Shown piece by piece: positions 26,701-35,204 of a stretch of 41,325 bases of DNA. The stretch is from a virus. Its lineage: Duplodnaviria; Caudoviricetes. The stretch is from positions 1 to 41,325 of the IMG/VR virus record IMGVR_UViG_3300030376_004208, one strand, 5' to 3'. A program made the translations under genes and the position numbers. Below the pieces are notes generated by a model, which was not told where the DNA came from, searched no databases, and was given only the letters and a program-made list of their open reading frames with translations. The first letter of the stretch is position 1; every line of letters begins with the position of its first letter.

Positions 26701-29368
26701 AACCTTTTTCTTTTATTTTATCTCGAATATATGCTGTTTGGTCATCATACATTAAATTTCCATCGAAATCATAATCATAGTCACTTTTATGCAATGGAGA
26801 ACCTGGTATTTCAAATTCTACTAGTTCTTCATAGAGAGTCCCAAATTCGTTTGGATATAATTTATCAAGTGTATTAGCAACCTCACCTGGGTTCCACTGT
26901 GCAATATCAGGCAACCTTATTGGATTGTTTATAGATAAATAAACTGGTTTTATATTGAGACCTTGTTTAGGTATTTGATTTGTTTCTGTGAGGTAATCAA
27001 GTCTTGCATTTGCTTGTTCTACTGGTCCAAAATGAAATCCGAATTGTTTTTTGTCATATTCATTAGCATCTAATTTGAATGAATCAAAATCTCTATTGGT
27101 CCCATGATATACCACCAATGGCTGACCTTTTTCATCAACGACCTTAGAATCTCCAAACCACTTTTTAAACTCCTTAGACTTAGGCTTTTGCCTTAATTGA
27201 AACTGAGCCTTCTGGACCTTGATCTTTTTCTTTTGTGCAGCAGTTAATGGTTTAAGCTGCCTGGTCCCAGCTTTAGTATATAAATTCTGAATTCGCTTAG
27301 GGATCTTAGCTCCCCTGATCTTTCTGATCCTGGCAATAAGATCAGTAAGTGTTTGCTTTATATCTTTAAGTCCAGGGATCCAGTCAAATACTTCTCTTAT
27401 CCCACCAGCCTTTTCATGCATCCCTTCAGAAAAGAAATAGTCTCTTCCTTCTTGGCCGAAATGCTCTTCAATAGACCTTGTATCGCCTGACTCTTCGTGA
27501 TACTTTGCAAAAGACTTTCTATCTTTTTCTGGCATATGTTCATAAAAGTCATGGTAGAATTCTTCGACAATTGTGTCGGCATCGTGACCCTTATATAGCT
27601 TGATGGCTGTCCTGGTCGCATTCTTTTGAAAGTCAACAGTTGTTGACCCAGTCGCAAAGTATTCTCCTGACTCTGCTTCTTCTTTTGTAATACCTTCCTC
27701 TTCATAAAATTGCTCTGGATCCTTTCCTAATACATTGATGATATAATCATCATTCATTTGTAAAACTTCGTTACTGATCTCTAGACTAGCTCTGCTATCA
27801 AATTCTGGATCTTGATCTAAAAGATAGTTAGCAATAGATGCTGACCCTGGGGAAATCTCCTCAGATTCAAGTGCTGCTTGAACTTCTAATTTTGCAGTAG
27901 GCTGTGTCTCTCTATTTTCTTCTTTTTCTACTTTTGTTAATTGAGCTCTTTCTGGGCTCATACTGTCAAGAGCAACTTGCTCTTCAACTAATGCTTCAGA
28001 TTTCTTTTTAGCATCAGCATCAGTTATAACTTTTGCAGCACTTACACCACCACCTAAACCTACTGGTATGATCAGGCCTTTTGCAGATTCAACAAATGTT
28101 TCACGAAGCCTACTAAGCATTTCTTGACCTTCTGCTTGAGGTATAGATCCATCCATGATCTTATTATTTAACCAGGTTGCTGTTTCTTCAGATGCTATTA
28201 AAGTGACTTCCTGAGCAACTTCTTGACCTACTTGTTTTAAATATTCCGCTCCAGCTTTCTCACCAACTTTTTTAAGTCCAGTTGCTACACCACCAGCTAT
28301 AACATCTACAAATTCTTTTTTAAGAGATACTGGTATTAAACCTTTCATTGAAATAGATTCTATCATTGCATATGGTAGAGCTCCTATTGAAGCTGTAAAA
28401 CTAGCAACATCTTCGTTTACACCTTTTCTTACTTGATCTCTATAAATAGATCCAGCACCTTGCATATACCAGAACTTTGCAACATTAGCCTGAGCACCAG
28501 TAGCCATAAAGGTTGGGACTGCTATAAGTTCATCAGGGATCGGTGTTAATGCAGTATATGCTGCTGCTGCTCCACCACCCATTGCTGCACCTTTAAAACC
28601 TTCCTTGATAGATGCCCACATACTTGGAGCAAAATTGGCAGTAGGGATTAATATTTCTTCTACCCAACCATCTGCATTTATTGGATCGGCTGCTTGTTGC
28701 TTTTCAAACTCATCAGTCATAGCAGCTAAATCTTTATATCCAAGTTTCCCTGTTCCTGTCATAAACTCAAACCAGAGAAGATCCATAGCAATATTTTGTT
28801 TACCTCTAGAAAAAGAAGTTTTTAATTTTTCCCATTTTGTTTTAGGGACCAATGACTCTGGTCTTTTTTTCTGTACTTCTTCCCTGGCTAACTTTGCAAT
28901 GGTCCCAATGTCATGGACCCCATCTTTAACCATAGACATAATAACATTCCTGGCTTCAGGATATTGTTGTACTAATTCTACTAAATTTGTTTTTACTTCT
29001 TTTTGAGTTTCAGCTAATTGCAGCCGCTGATCCACACGACCTTTATTTGCTTGTATAGTTTGTTCAACTCTTGATTGATCAGTAAGTGATCTGGTTGGAT
29101 GGTTTGGTCCTTTTAATATTTTATCTGGAGTTTCACCAAGCCAGTGATATTTTCCATCAGGTTGCAGCTCTGGCTTTATACCACTTTCAATTGCAGTTTT
29201 ATAATCAAAGCCATTTCCTGATCCGCTGCCATAATTTTGAATTGAATTAGCCATATGTAATAAAACATTTTCTGGCTCATTTGGATGATCAAATCTTAAT
29301 TGGTCATACCAAGACTTAATATCAGGGTCATTTAAAGCGATTTGGGTCCAATGTTGTTGATTTGCCAT
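20777..29368 (-). CDS. Giant virion ejection / polyvalent protein (two ART-like domains, GNAT, glycosylase-like domain, LPD38-like C-terminus)
   Basis: Two WF..S.V...G.P.V.YHGT...PVYL.I.NP...GYDGI modules; KGQGNG...WYNRKGF GNAT motif; WY...VTVDVWM...QAAIW domain; last of three ejection-position genes. Confidence 0.8.
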   Translation of the reverse strand: MANQQHWTQIALNDPDIKSWYDQLRFDHPNEPENVLLHMANSIQNYGSGSGNGFDYKTAIESGIKPELQPDGKYHWLGETPDKILKGPNHPTRSLTDQSRVEQTIQANKGRVDQRLQLAETQKEVKTNLVELVQQYPEARNVIMSMVKDGVHDIGTIAKLAREEVQKKRPESLVPKTKWEKLKTSFSRGKQNIAMDLLWFEFMTGTGKLGYKDLAAMTDEFEKQQAADPINADGWVEEILIPTANFAPSMWASIKEGFKGAAMGGGAAAAYTALTPIPDELIAVPTFMATGAQANVAKFWYMQGAGSIYRDQVRKGVNEDVASFTASIGALPYAMIESISMKGLIPVSLKKEFVDVIAGGVATGLKKVGEKAGAEYLKQVGQEVAQEVTLIASEETATWLNNKIMDGSIPQAEGQEMLSRLRETFVESAKGLIIPVGLGGGVSAAKVITDADAKKKSEALVEEQVALDSMSPERAQLTKVEKEENRETQPTAKLEVQAALESEEISPGSASIANYLLDQDPEFDSRASLEISNEVLQMNDDYIINVLGKDPEQFYEEEGITKEEAESGEYFATGSTTVDFQKNATRTAIKLYKGHDADTIVEEFYHDFYEHMPEKDRKSFAKYHEESGDTRSIEEHFGQEGRDYFFSEGMHEKAGGIREVFDWIPGLKDIKQTLTDLIARIRKIRGAKIPKRIQNLYTKAGTRQLKPLTAAQKKKIKVQKAQFQLRQKPKSKEFKKWFGDSKVVDEKGQPLVVYHGTNRDFDSFKLDANEYDKKQFGFHFGPVEQANARLDYLTETNQIPKQGLNIKPVYLSINNPIRLPDIAQWNPGEVANTLDKLYPNEFGTLYEELVEFEIPGSPLHKSDYDYDFDGNLMYDDQTAYIRDKIKEKGYDGIVYSNQFEGVAGNFGTSIGRTAKTLEKFGEDSYIAFEPSQIKGQFNPKPDKASPKIMHQVKKKTAALRLKEKPRSKEFQDWFKGSEVKENGKPMVMYHGTAKNIDSFNQMSYFTPSPNVANYYARDHRGYSDDPGTKKDAQVYPVYLNIKNPLDIRRDPLDAFKTLDLGINMHLDDWLVTLNEFLTDHKKEKLTKEEDQQITNDFVKEVANEKHSNYKMDSSGFTPKAYATINQFPIYNFIDNNIALMNALKARGFDGIVASEDIMPDYAGSDKVYIAFNPNQIKGQFNPKPDKASPKIMFQVKKKPKQQPGGKPFEQWSPITDKEAKNSPRLEIFQHLQKKNTFLTNNPLDRGMVMVGNIGQLELQDQGTYPFRKRNEGKKTVKLSAIMAFDKGQGNGNKLLEMLKEAADETGTIIEGYAKQIGIEGPNTDELAKWYNRKGFNLHKFNDYFDIEYIPEQLKDKTIEISELTLKDFEKDSELAKISDEIIYENKEYDIEITHRRDINEWSVFDLEKNFTLGDFTSKEEALEEANAYIEDKSFVKELDRKEQIEKGDLIPGKKPVKLSGKMKKIQFQLKRVGTTKQFVGFPKGINTRSKLSTLRKRVEELADQGEVGKNWYDNSAQAALDLAGGDMKQAELILDLIAVTSAGMPVKSNTGQAVKLMYQIAQGDIKGAGRFPARVEGWVKALAEGKNLKESINDAKLISFAENLKRSLTNADDNRVTVDVWMMRAYGFPNEVPTGAQYKTVAEDVRRIATKRGWTPKQTQAAIWVGAKARWETINGNKMPLKKALRLMKSTPASQERLDIAKVDYADAMKIYEGRISFEFIPSTRSDILPGIHEASYEQKMEYHKDMSEVITDDKGKNIIAKELKIPEVRSLDGPGFWEGAVSPSKQVEVLVPSIASAKDIKDKIDPNFFKTIDVHNSIVGLLFHQDAIGSTKELKPQSLKQANAVGLVVKEGLTTEEFRSVNDQLGDDFGIMPTNYGGIVVNFADENGNPFSGIDNNTFYKKVKDAAESALEGSDKTIHLQRAQSIGKLTEDYSNGKDYRRRISESGQRNAATRVFNQVSGDIQKINERYSKKYGWGNPGKSQKVVFAVRPKRLIPKQKTPKQLAGPDSNFGIELDPENYTQLFNRKIVDKMNRLGYVMDKFKEVREISDEEDAYLAQELYIGKTRELMDRFEEDIFGREDSLLPRIIKAGYSMEDFGSYLHARHALERNEHVAKINEDLPDGGSGMTNDQAKEILKQYKGDKKIEAFAKEFYRKVTKRGLRMRLNSGLIDRKTYDYLNDYYKDYVPLFVIKDVENRTIVGKGFSTPQGSELKRVKGSAKVRGNPVFSAIYEMMGVMRRSEKNKVAAKFLNLAEEMQSESWKIEKMRYRPQFNKDGEVEFMQPQFKMDDNILAVRRDGDLYLITIEDEALASGLKNLGAEKTYKYLNQANAYIRSIVTTFNPEFIVTNFFRDIQTALVHLGGEYDGVAKTAAANVTKAMGGVWKNVRGDRTAYWSKMYDELKKEGGKVGWFDMASLDEHQEKVEKALKNVEDGKGGVVQAGKDFLELIEQANEAVESGIRLATYEALIKKGLSKKKAAQAAKNITVNFNKKGEWSTLFNTFYLFFNATVQGNARIAKSIINSKKTRMIVGGMVANSMIWSLRNYHMNDEEWEKKNHWEKDNYLMWMNRDGTAYKVKVPYGYNIFHVAGQAIADGIHQTKKNGAKYVDYIGLSSRVLKAASDAVSPFGDGSLLQAISPTVLDPIVQLAENKNFAGTPFMKPKYYDRSKPNFSNYYEKNPPSWVSRWTTESLSLISGGRRYKGLIKKRDGTVQDHTIPGVIDVNPDALDHIFGFLTGGTGKFFQRSFDLGMNFSQNKSTEVSKIPFIRQFYSKPDLTGATEKRLIFKMKYEAKHTIYNHVEVSKFKKYVHDAIKFGALAEKDIKLVKDHNGKMVPKIINDFLKHQRLARGEAEPTKKKKRKVVL
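25779..26575. repeat. 68-bp direct repeat (25779-25846 and 26508-26575) ending each ART-like module
   Basis: 64/68 identical; encodes QIKGQFNPKPDKASPKIM(F/H)QVKK. Confidence 0.9.
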
Positions 29369-29453
29369 TTTTTTCTAATTCTCCTCTAAAACGACCTTCA
29401 TATTTAGCGTATATGAAGAGATCTCAATGTCTTTCGATACCAAGTTCACTTAT

Positions 29454-30350
29454 TTATTTAAAGTTATTGTAGGTATCTTTAAACCTATCAGGGACAATAC
29501 CCTTTCTTCTAAGGTCAAATCGCTCTGGTCCAGTCATATCGTTTTGATATTTCTTCAAAAAATTCTGAATCTTTTGAGTATTTGACACTTTTTTAGCTAG
29601 TTTAGAATCTTTTGCTTTATTAACTAATTTTGAAAATGCTGAATCTTGTGTAGTAGTATCTGCATTAGAAACATTTGTACTGTCTGGTTTTATATTGGCC
29701 AATAAAATACTATCTAATTGATCTTGTGCAGCCTTATCACCACTTAAGGCAGCAGTCGTAATTTCTTCCATTGTTCTTGGTTTTGGGTCTTTATTAAGAG
29801 TTGGTGGATTAAGAAGATTATTTATACTATCAATTTTAGTAGTATATGTTTCATTTTGATTTCTAATCCATTTATTCTTATTTGTTTTTTGATCTACTAA
29901 TTCCTTTGGATCGTCATCCTTTGATACATTTAATAAAGGCAGCTTAGATCTTTTCTTTTCTAGATATGCTAATTCTTCTTTTCTTTTCTTTGTTGTATAA
30001 TCAGGACTATCACCATAGATAGCAGCTAACTTTGCAATTCTTTGATTTATTTTGTCTTGTATAAAAGAAGGCATTGCTTTGGCATTATCTTTTTTAGGAA
30101 CTTTTGCAGTCTTTGGATCTGCTGCCACTTTTGGCTCTGCAACAGATAATTTTTTCCTCATTCTTTTTTTATACATCTCAAGCCTACGATCACCTTCCCT
30201 GATCTGACGATTGGTTTTGATCTCAGCTTGTCTTCGGTTATTAAATTCGGCAAATTGTTTTAAATAGTCACCGATACCTTTTTTCTTTGTTTCAAACTTT
30301 TCTCCTAATAGTGTTGGGATTGGAGTATCTCCTATAAGTGGATTAGCCAT
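29454..30350 (-). CDS. Putative ejection (internal virion) protein
   Basis: Basic, helical, positioned just upstream of the giant ejection protein. Confidence 0.5.
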   Translation of the reverse strand: MANPLIGDTPIPTLLGEKFETKKKGIGDYLKQFAEFNNRRQAEIKTNRQIREGDRRLEMYKKRMRKKLSVAEPKVAADPKTAKVPKKDNAKAMPSFIQDKINQRIAKLAAIYGDSPDYTTKKRKEELAYLEKKRSKLPLLNVSKDDDPKELVDQKTNKNKWIRNQNETYTTKIDSINNLLNPPTLNKDPKPRTMEEITTAALSGDKAAQDQLDSILLANIKPDSTNVSNADTTTQDSAFSKLVNKAKDSKLAKKVSNTQKIQNFLKKYQNDMTGPERFDLRRKGIVPDRFKDTYNNFK

Positions 30351-30352
30351 TA

Positions 30353-30979
30353 TTAGATACCCCCAAGTATTTTTGCTTTTTCTTCAGGAGACAAACTTGA
30401 CCACCAAGGTTGTTTCTGTAGCTCTTCTAACAATCCAGCATCTTCTTGTTTTTTAAGATATTTATCACCCATACCAGCTAAAGCACCCAATAGTTGATTA
30501 GCTGCATTATCTTTTTTAGAATAACTAGCTAAAGCAGTTTTATAATCTTGAGCACTTCTTTGCATACCAATTTCACCAAGCTTGTGCTCCGCATTATCTT
30601 TTACTTGTTGATTTTTCATGGCAATTTTTCTAGCAGCATTAGCCATTGACACTACTTGTGCTGAGTCTATTTCTGTTGCTTGTTCAGCAGCGACTCCTGA
30701 GTTTTCAATTCCTTGACTAATTGCTCGACCCTGGACTTGAGCCTTGCCTTGGTTAGCAGCGTTAGTAACAGTGGTCCCAGTCTGATTCATCATTTGATTT
30801 ATATTCTGCTGACCAAGTCCATGTACTCTTCTACTTTGTAACCAGTTCGTATATTTATTTTCCATGCTAGATCTAGAATCTTTTGCACCTGGTATAGACC
30901 CACTTAGCCAGTCATACCCTTGTTTTAATTGTGGTAAATATTGTGCGAATTTCGACATAGTCGCTAAAGTTGCAGACAT
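30353..30979 (-). CDS. Putative ejection (pilot) protein
   Basis: Q/A/G/N-rich helical sequence typical of podovirus DNA-transfer proteins; synteny. Confidence 0.55.
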   Translation of the reverse strand: MSATLATMSKFAQYLPQLKQGYDWLSGSIPGAKDSRSSMENKYTNWLQSRRVHGLGQQNINQMMNQTGTTVTNAANQGKAQVQGRAISQGIENSGVAAEQATEIDSAQVVSMANAARKIAMKNQQVKDNAEHKLGEIGMQRSAQDYKTALASYSKKDNAANQLLGALAGMGDKYLKKQEDAGLLEELQKQPWWSSLSPEEKAKILGGI

Positions 30980-30984
30980 ACTTA

Positions 30985-31254
30985 TTACCCTCCTATTTTA
31001 CTTCCAGTTAATTGATATAAAACTCCACTTATCTTAAAATATAATCTTCCCTCATCTGTTGAAGGTGATCCAGGAGATTGAGAGTCTTTTTCTACAGAAG
31101 AAAATTTAAATTCTCCTTCTGCTACATCTTCAGACTTTAAAGGACCAGTTGTCATTTCTACTGCCGATTGCATTCCTCTCATTTCTCTGGTTACATTACT
31201 TAAGATCTTATCAAAATCTTTCTGTCCTGATTTTATTTCTTTAATCTTGCTCAT
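30985..31254 (-). CDS. Small virion-associated protein
   Basis: 89 aa; C-terminal GRLYFKISG; coupled to neighbours. Confidence 0.55.
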   Translation of the reverse strand: MSKIKEIKSGQKDFDKILSNVTREMRGMQSAVEMTTGPLKSEDVAEGEFKFSSVEKDSQSPGSPSTDEGRLYFKISGVLYQLTGSKIGG

Positions 31255-31805
31255 GCGTATTCAATCTCCATTTTATTTATTTCCATGCTGTTTACAGAAC
31301 TAGGTCCCTCAATTTTTACTTGGGCATATTTAGCTCTCTTTGAAATTCTTATTGAATCACTAGGGTAATTATTATAACTAATAGTTGCTCCACTATTGTG
31401 AGCTGCTACTGAAGTACCACGCATTCCACGCTGCACTGTATGACTAGTGGTCCCAGCGGTAATTACTTTCATTATCTCACTACCAATTTTTACCCAATCA
31501 CCATCCTTTAATTTTGTCGTTGAACTTGTTGGTAGAGTAATTACTGAGTCACTTATACCAGCAGATAAAGTGGCTCCAGTTAATCCAGAATTAGCTCTAA
31601 ATATTGTAGTATTAATACTTGTATCAGAATCACCATCTACAAATAATTTTACAGTTATATCATCACCGCTTAAGTATCTTATATTAATTCTTCTTATTAA
31701 AGCATTACTACCTAGATCAGACATAGAAAACCAACCAGTTGTTCTTTCTACGCTGCGTGTCTCTGTACTTGAAGATGGATTTAATTCTTTAATTTTTGCC
31801 ATCAT
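31251..31805 (-). CDS. Nozzle C-terminal-like domain with inserted beta module
   Basis: TGW...IRRINIRY...VDGD...SIRISKRAK...MEIE, paralogous to the C-terminus of 31789..33519; insert TLSAGI...EIMK...VQRG.RGT..AAH.SGA. Confidence 0.6.
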   Translation of the reverse strand: MMAKIKELNPSSSTETRSVERTTGWFSMSDLGSNALIRRINIRYLSGDDITVKLFVDGDSDTSINTTIFRANSGLTGATLSAGISDSVITLPTSSTTKLKDGDWVKIGSEIMKVITAGTTSHTVQRGMRGTSVAAHNSGATISYNNYPSDSIRISKRAKYAQVKIEGPSSVNSMEINKMEIEYA

Positions 31806-33519
31806 CTATCTCTATTTCTATGTCTTCAATAGTTACATTTGTATTGCTGCTGCTTGGAGTTGAAAGTTGTAACATAAAATTTTTAGCTCTGCGACCAACT
31901 CTAACGCTTTTATTTGTTGTCTCTTCAGAAGTATCTGCTGCAAAACTTGTATTAAACTCTTGGTTCTGATCATCGCCATCAACATAAATACTTACATCAA
32001 TTGGATCAGCACTGTTGTACTCTAGATTTAATCTTCTTATAAGTCTAGACTTGCCTTCTTTGTTATCTGTTACGATCCAACCAGTTTTATGTAATGTGCT
32101 AAAATCTTCTGTAGGATTATCTTGAAATTTTCTAATATTACAATTTCTAAGTATTTGTGAATTAATAGATTCAACAAACGCTATCCCATCTATTGATGCC
32201 TCTCCAAAAACATCAGATATACGCTCAGTAAAAGCTAAAACTTCATTGATTACATATGCCCATTGGCTAATAGTATGTTGAACTGACTCTGTCGTTACTG
32301 TTTCTTCTGTTGCGAATCTTTTCCAGGGTTTTGTTTCAGTAGTTATAGATTGAGTTAATTCTGTTGAATCATCTGCTACAACTAGATGTTTCCATACCCT
32401 GGTTTCTTTCACTACTGTTTCTGTGGTAGATGTGGAATCAAGGCTATCTACATTATGTTTCCAAACTCTTGTATCTGGGGATATTACTTCAGTATAAATA
32501 GTAGCATCTGACATTATACTATTTTCCCAAGTACTTACATTATGTGAAAGACTATCAACACTAAATTGAGTAGTATCACTAATCGTTTCTAATTTTTTAT
32601 AGACATGAATATCTGAAGTTAAAACCTCGCTAATTAAAGTTGATTCAGTAGGACCATAAAGATGTTTCCAAAATTCAGTTGTACTTACTACTGATTCATT
32701 TATTTGTGGGTTATCTGATAACCTATAATTAAATCCTAAATTATAATCAAAGTTTTCTGAAAATACACTCTGATCAGCTACAATTCTTTGCCATTGACTA
32801 ATTGATGTTGATAATGATTCATTAAACAATGTGCCATCAAAAACATCAGGTTGTTGTTGTATATATATTGCTACTGTTTCCGTTACCGCTGTTGCATCAC
32901 GAAGCGATTTAAAAAATTTCCATGAAATCTTAGATGTTGATAAAGATTCAGTCATTGATATATTATCTATTGGCTCTGGCTGCGACTGTACAAATGAACT
33001 AATACTTTCCGAGAATAATGTCGCATCAGTTTCCGTTTTAATATATTTCCATAATTGAGTACTACTAGCTATACTATCTGTAAACTGAGTGCTATCAGTG
33101 GCAGTTTTAATAACTTTAAATTGTGTAATAGTATCTGAAAAATTTTCTGTTATTGAAGTTGCTTCAGTTAATACCTTTGCTTGAAAATTATTAATTGTAA
33201 AATAGCCGCTAAAGTCTGAAGGGCTACCATCTGTTTCCTGAATTTTGATTCTATAAAAATTTGAAGTACCAGCTAGATCACTAGTGACTATTGTATAATT
33301 AAAACTACCATCATTTGCAGTTGATGAAGATAATGTTTTTACTAAAGTAGAAAATTTATATAGATCTATTTTTAGATTATTAACTGTATTTGTAGTGCTC
33401 CAAGTAATATTAATAGTATCTGTTACATGGTAAGGTCCAGCTGATGGAGTATTAACAGTAATTGTTGGAGGACTAAGTATCCTAAAAGTACCAGAATTTA
33501 TATAATTAGTTACTGGCAT
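31789..33519 (-). CDS. Fibre-like structural protein: Ig-like N-domain, about 16 repeats, nozzle-like C-domain
   Basis: ITVNTP...INITW...DLYK...NDGSF...YRIKI Ig-like domain; repeats D-x-T-x-(F/I)-x-E...W-K of 18-23 aa. Confidence 0.65.
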   Translation of the reverse strand: MPVTNYINSGTFRILSPPTITVNTPSAGPYHVTDTINITWSTTNTVNNLKIDLYKFSTLVKTLSSSTANDGSFNYTIVTSDLAGTSNFYRIKIQETDGSPSDFSGYFTINNFQAKVLTEATSITENFSDTITQFKVIKTATDSTQFTDSIASSTQLWKYIKTETDATLFSESISSFVQSQPEPIDNISMTESLSTSKISWKFFKSLRDATAVTETVAIYIQQQPDVFDGTLFNESLSTSISQWQRIVADQSVFSENFDYNLGFNYRLSDNPQINESVVSTTEFWKHLYGPTESTLISEVLTSDIHVYKKLETISDTTQFSVDSLSHNVSTWENSIMSDATIYTEVISPDTRVWKHNVDSLDSTSTTETVVKETRVWKHLVVADDSTELTQSITTETKPWKRFATEETVTTESVQHTISQWAYVINEVLAFTERISDVFGEASIDGIAFVESINSQILRNCNIRKFQDNPTEDFSTLHKTGWIVTDNKEGKSRLIRRLNLEYNSADPIDVSIYVDGDDQNQEFNTSFAADTSEETTNKSVRVGRRAKNFMLQLSTPSSSNTNVTIEDIEIEIDDGKN

Positions 33520-33785
33520 TATTTATTCCTCATCGTCATATCAATATAAACTTTCAAATCAGATTTAATCTCTGCATTCCATTTTTTTACTTTTCCAAGC
33601 TCATCCATAATCTTATCTAACCGCTTCTGTAGGTTCGCATGTTTTTCATCAAACCTATTTAAAGTATCTTCTACTTTCTCTTTTAGAATAAACCTCACTA
33701 CGCTATATAATGCAAAACTCAAACCAATGCTAATAGCAACTGGAAATCCTAGTTCTTGTATCAACTTTATTACTTCATCTGTCAT
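33519..33785 (-). CDS. YvrJ/holin-like membrane protein
   Basis: IQELGFPVAISIGL TM motif followed by a coiled coil. Confidence 0.55.
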   Translation of the reverse strand: MTDEVIKLIQELGFPVAISIGLSFALYSVVRFILKEKVEDTLNRFDEKHANLQKRLDKIMDELGKVKKWNAEIKSDLKVYIDMTMRNK

Positions 33786-33797
33786 CTTTAAACATCC

Positions 33798-34094
33798 TTA
33801 TTCAGATATCTGAGCATATTTTAATCGAAGACGATATACATCATCATAAACTGGCACTGAATCTGGTATTGTTACAGTTTGAGAATTTGCAGTTACATTT
33901 GTTTCTCCAGTCCATAATACTTGAACATCAGACCATGTATTATTAATAATTCTTTGAAGTTTTATCTCTGTAACTCTTTTTGAGTTAACACCAGTACAAT
34001 TACCATTATTAGTCCATGTAACATTTACAGACTCTTTTAGGTCAAATTCTGCACTTGAATCGGGGTTAGTAATTGTATTAATAAAACAAGCCAT
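33798..34094 (-). CDS. Stand-alone Ig-like domain protein
   Basis: ITNP...VNVTW...YRLRL, similar to the N-domain of 31789..33519. Confidence 0.55.
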   Translation of the reverse strand: MACFINTITNPDSSAEFDLKESVNVTWTNNGNCTGVNSKRVTEIKLQRIINNTWSDVQVLWTGETNVTANSQTVTIPDSVPVYDDVYRLRLKYAQISE

Positions 34095-34097
34095 TAA

Positions 34098-34718
34098 CTA
34101 TCCGATTGTTATGGACCAAGTCACTTTTAAAATATCGTTCACTTCTAAAGTAAAATCAGTGACATTATTATCAGCAAAAGGCTTAATAAATCCAGCATTT
34201 GTGCCAGTTCCTTGTGTACCGCCTTGAGGACCATAATACTTACCCATGTAAAGATAAGAAACCAGAGTTGAACTTGCTGATCCTACAACACCGCCAGTCC
34301 ATGAACCTTGAGCTACCCATTGAGCAGTATTATTTGATACACTACCACTTAAACCTTCATGTAGTAAAAAATCGTATATATAATCGCCTCCTCCTTCTGG
34401 ATCTTGAACTTCTGCTGTTTTATCATTTACCCTAGCAAATATTCCATCTTTACCAGCCATATCTGTATCAACATCATTTGTATCTCCACCAGGTAATTTC
34501 TGCGTAAACCAATTTGAAAGATGATTTAACTGATAAACTGTAGCTCCTGATGAGCTATGCATCTGATCAATAATTTGCTTCATAAGCCAACTATTAATCG
34601 TATTGCTTTTATTCTCATAATGTTTTGGCTCTAACTGATCTAAATCTTCCTTATCAAATACTTCAACAATAGTGTTTCCACGAACACCTACTGGACTTAA
34701 TTTTTCAAAAATAAACAT
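34098..34718 (-). CDS. Structural (tail-associated) protein
   Basis: NTI near the N-terminus and D-x-L-x-VTW-x-ITI C-terminus; paralog of the next gene. Confidence 0.55.
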   Translation of the reverse strand: MFIFEKLSPVGVRGNTIVEVFDKEDLDQLEPKHYENKSNTINSWLMKQIIDQMHSSSGATVYQLNHLSNWFTQKLPGGDTNDVDTDMAGKDGIFARVNDKTAEVQDPEGGGDYIYDFLLHEGLSGSVSNNTAQWVAQGSWTGGVVGSASSTLVSYLYMGKYYGPQGGTQGTGTNAGFIKPFADNNVTDFTLEVNDILKVTWSITIG

Positions 34719-34727
34719 TTATAACTC

Positions 34728-35195
34728 CTAATTATCTGCTATTGTTATAGTCCAAGTAACATTTAACTGATCTCCATCAGATAAGGATACATTTGGATTA
34801 AAATCGTATACGCTATATTCATAAGTAAAATTTCCACTTGAGTACTGATTCCCTAAATAAGCTTTATCAATAGTGTAAGACTGTGAAGCTCTAGCTACTC
34901 CCTTTATTACAAATGATAAATCGGAACTAGATTGAAGTGTTGTTTTCATTTGGTATTTACTGGACCCAGTATCTTCTATGTAAATTCCTGATTCATTTGT
35001 TGGTGGAGAAGAAAAATCATCATTGTCAAAAGCACTTTCCAGTAAACCAAAATTTGTGGAAGCCGCCCTTAATGAATCCGCTACTTTATTTTTTATTCCA
35101 GAACTGATTGTATTAAAACCTTCTTGATGTTTGCTACCATCAGCTTTAATAATTTCAATTTCTACATAACCAACTGGTTTAATATTTTCTTTCAT
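34728..35195 (-). CDS. Structural (tail-associated) protein
   Basis: G.VEIEI...NTI...GDQLNVTWTITI. Confidence 0.55.
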   Translation of the reverse strand: MKENIKPVGYVEIEIIKADGSKHQEGFNTISSGIKNKVADSLRAASTNFGLLESAFDNDDFSSPPTNESGIYIEDTGSSKYQMKTTLQSSSDLSFVIKGVARASQSYTIDKAYLGNQYSSGNFTYEYSVYDFNPNVSLSDGDQLNVTWTITIADN

Positions 35196-35204
35196 AATTA
35201 ACCT

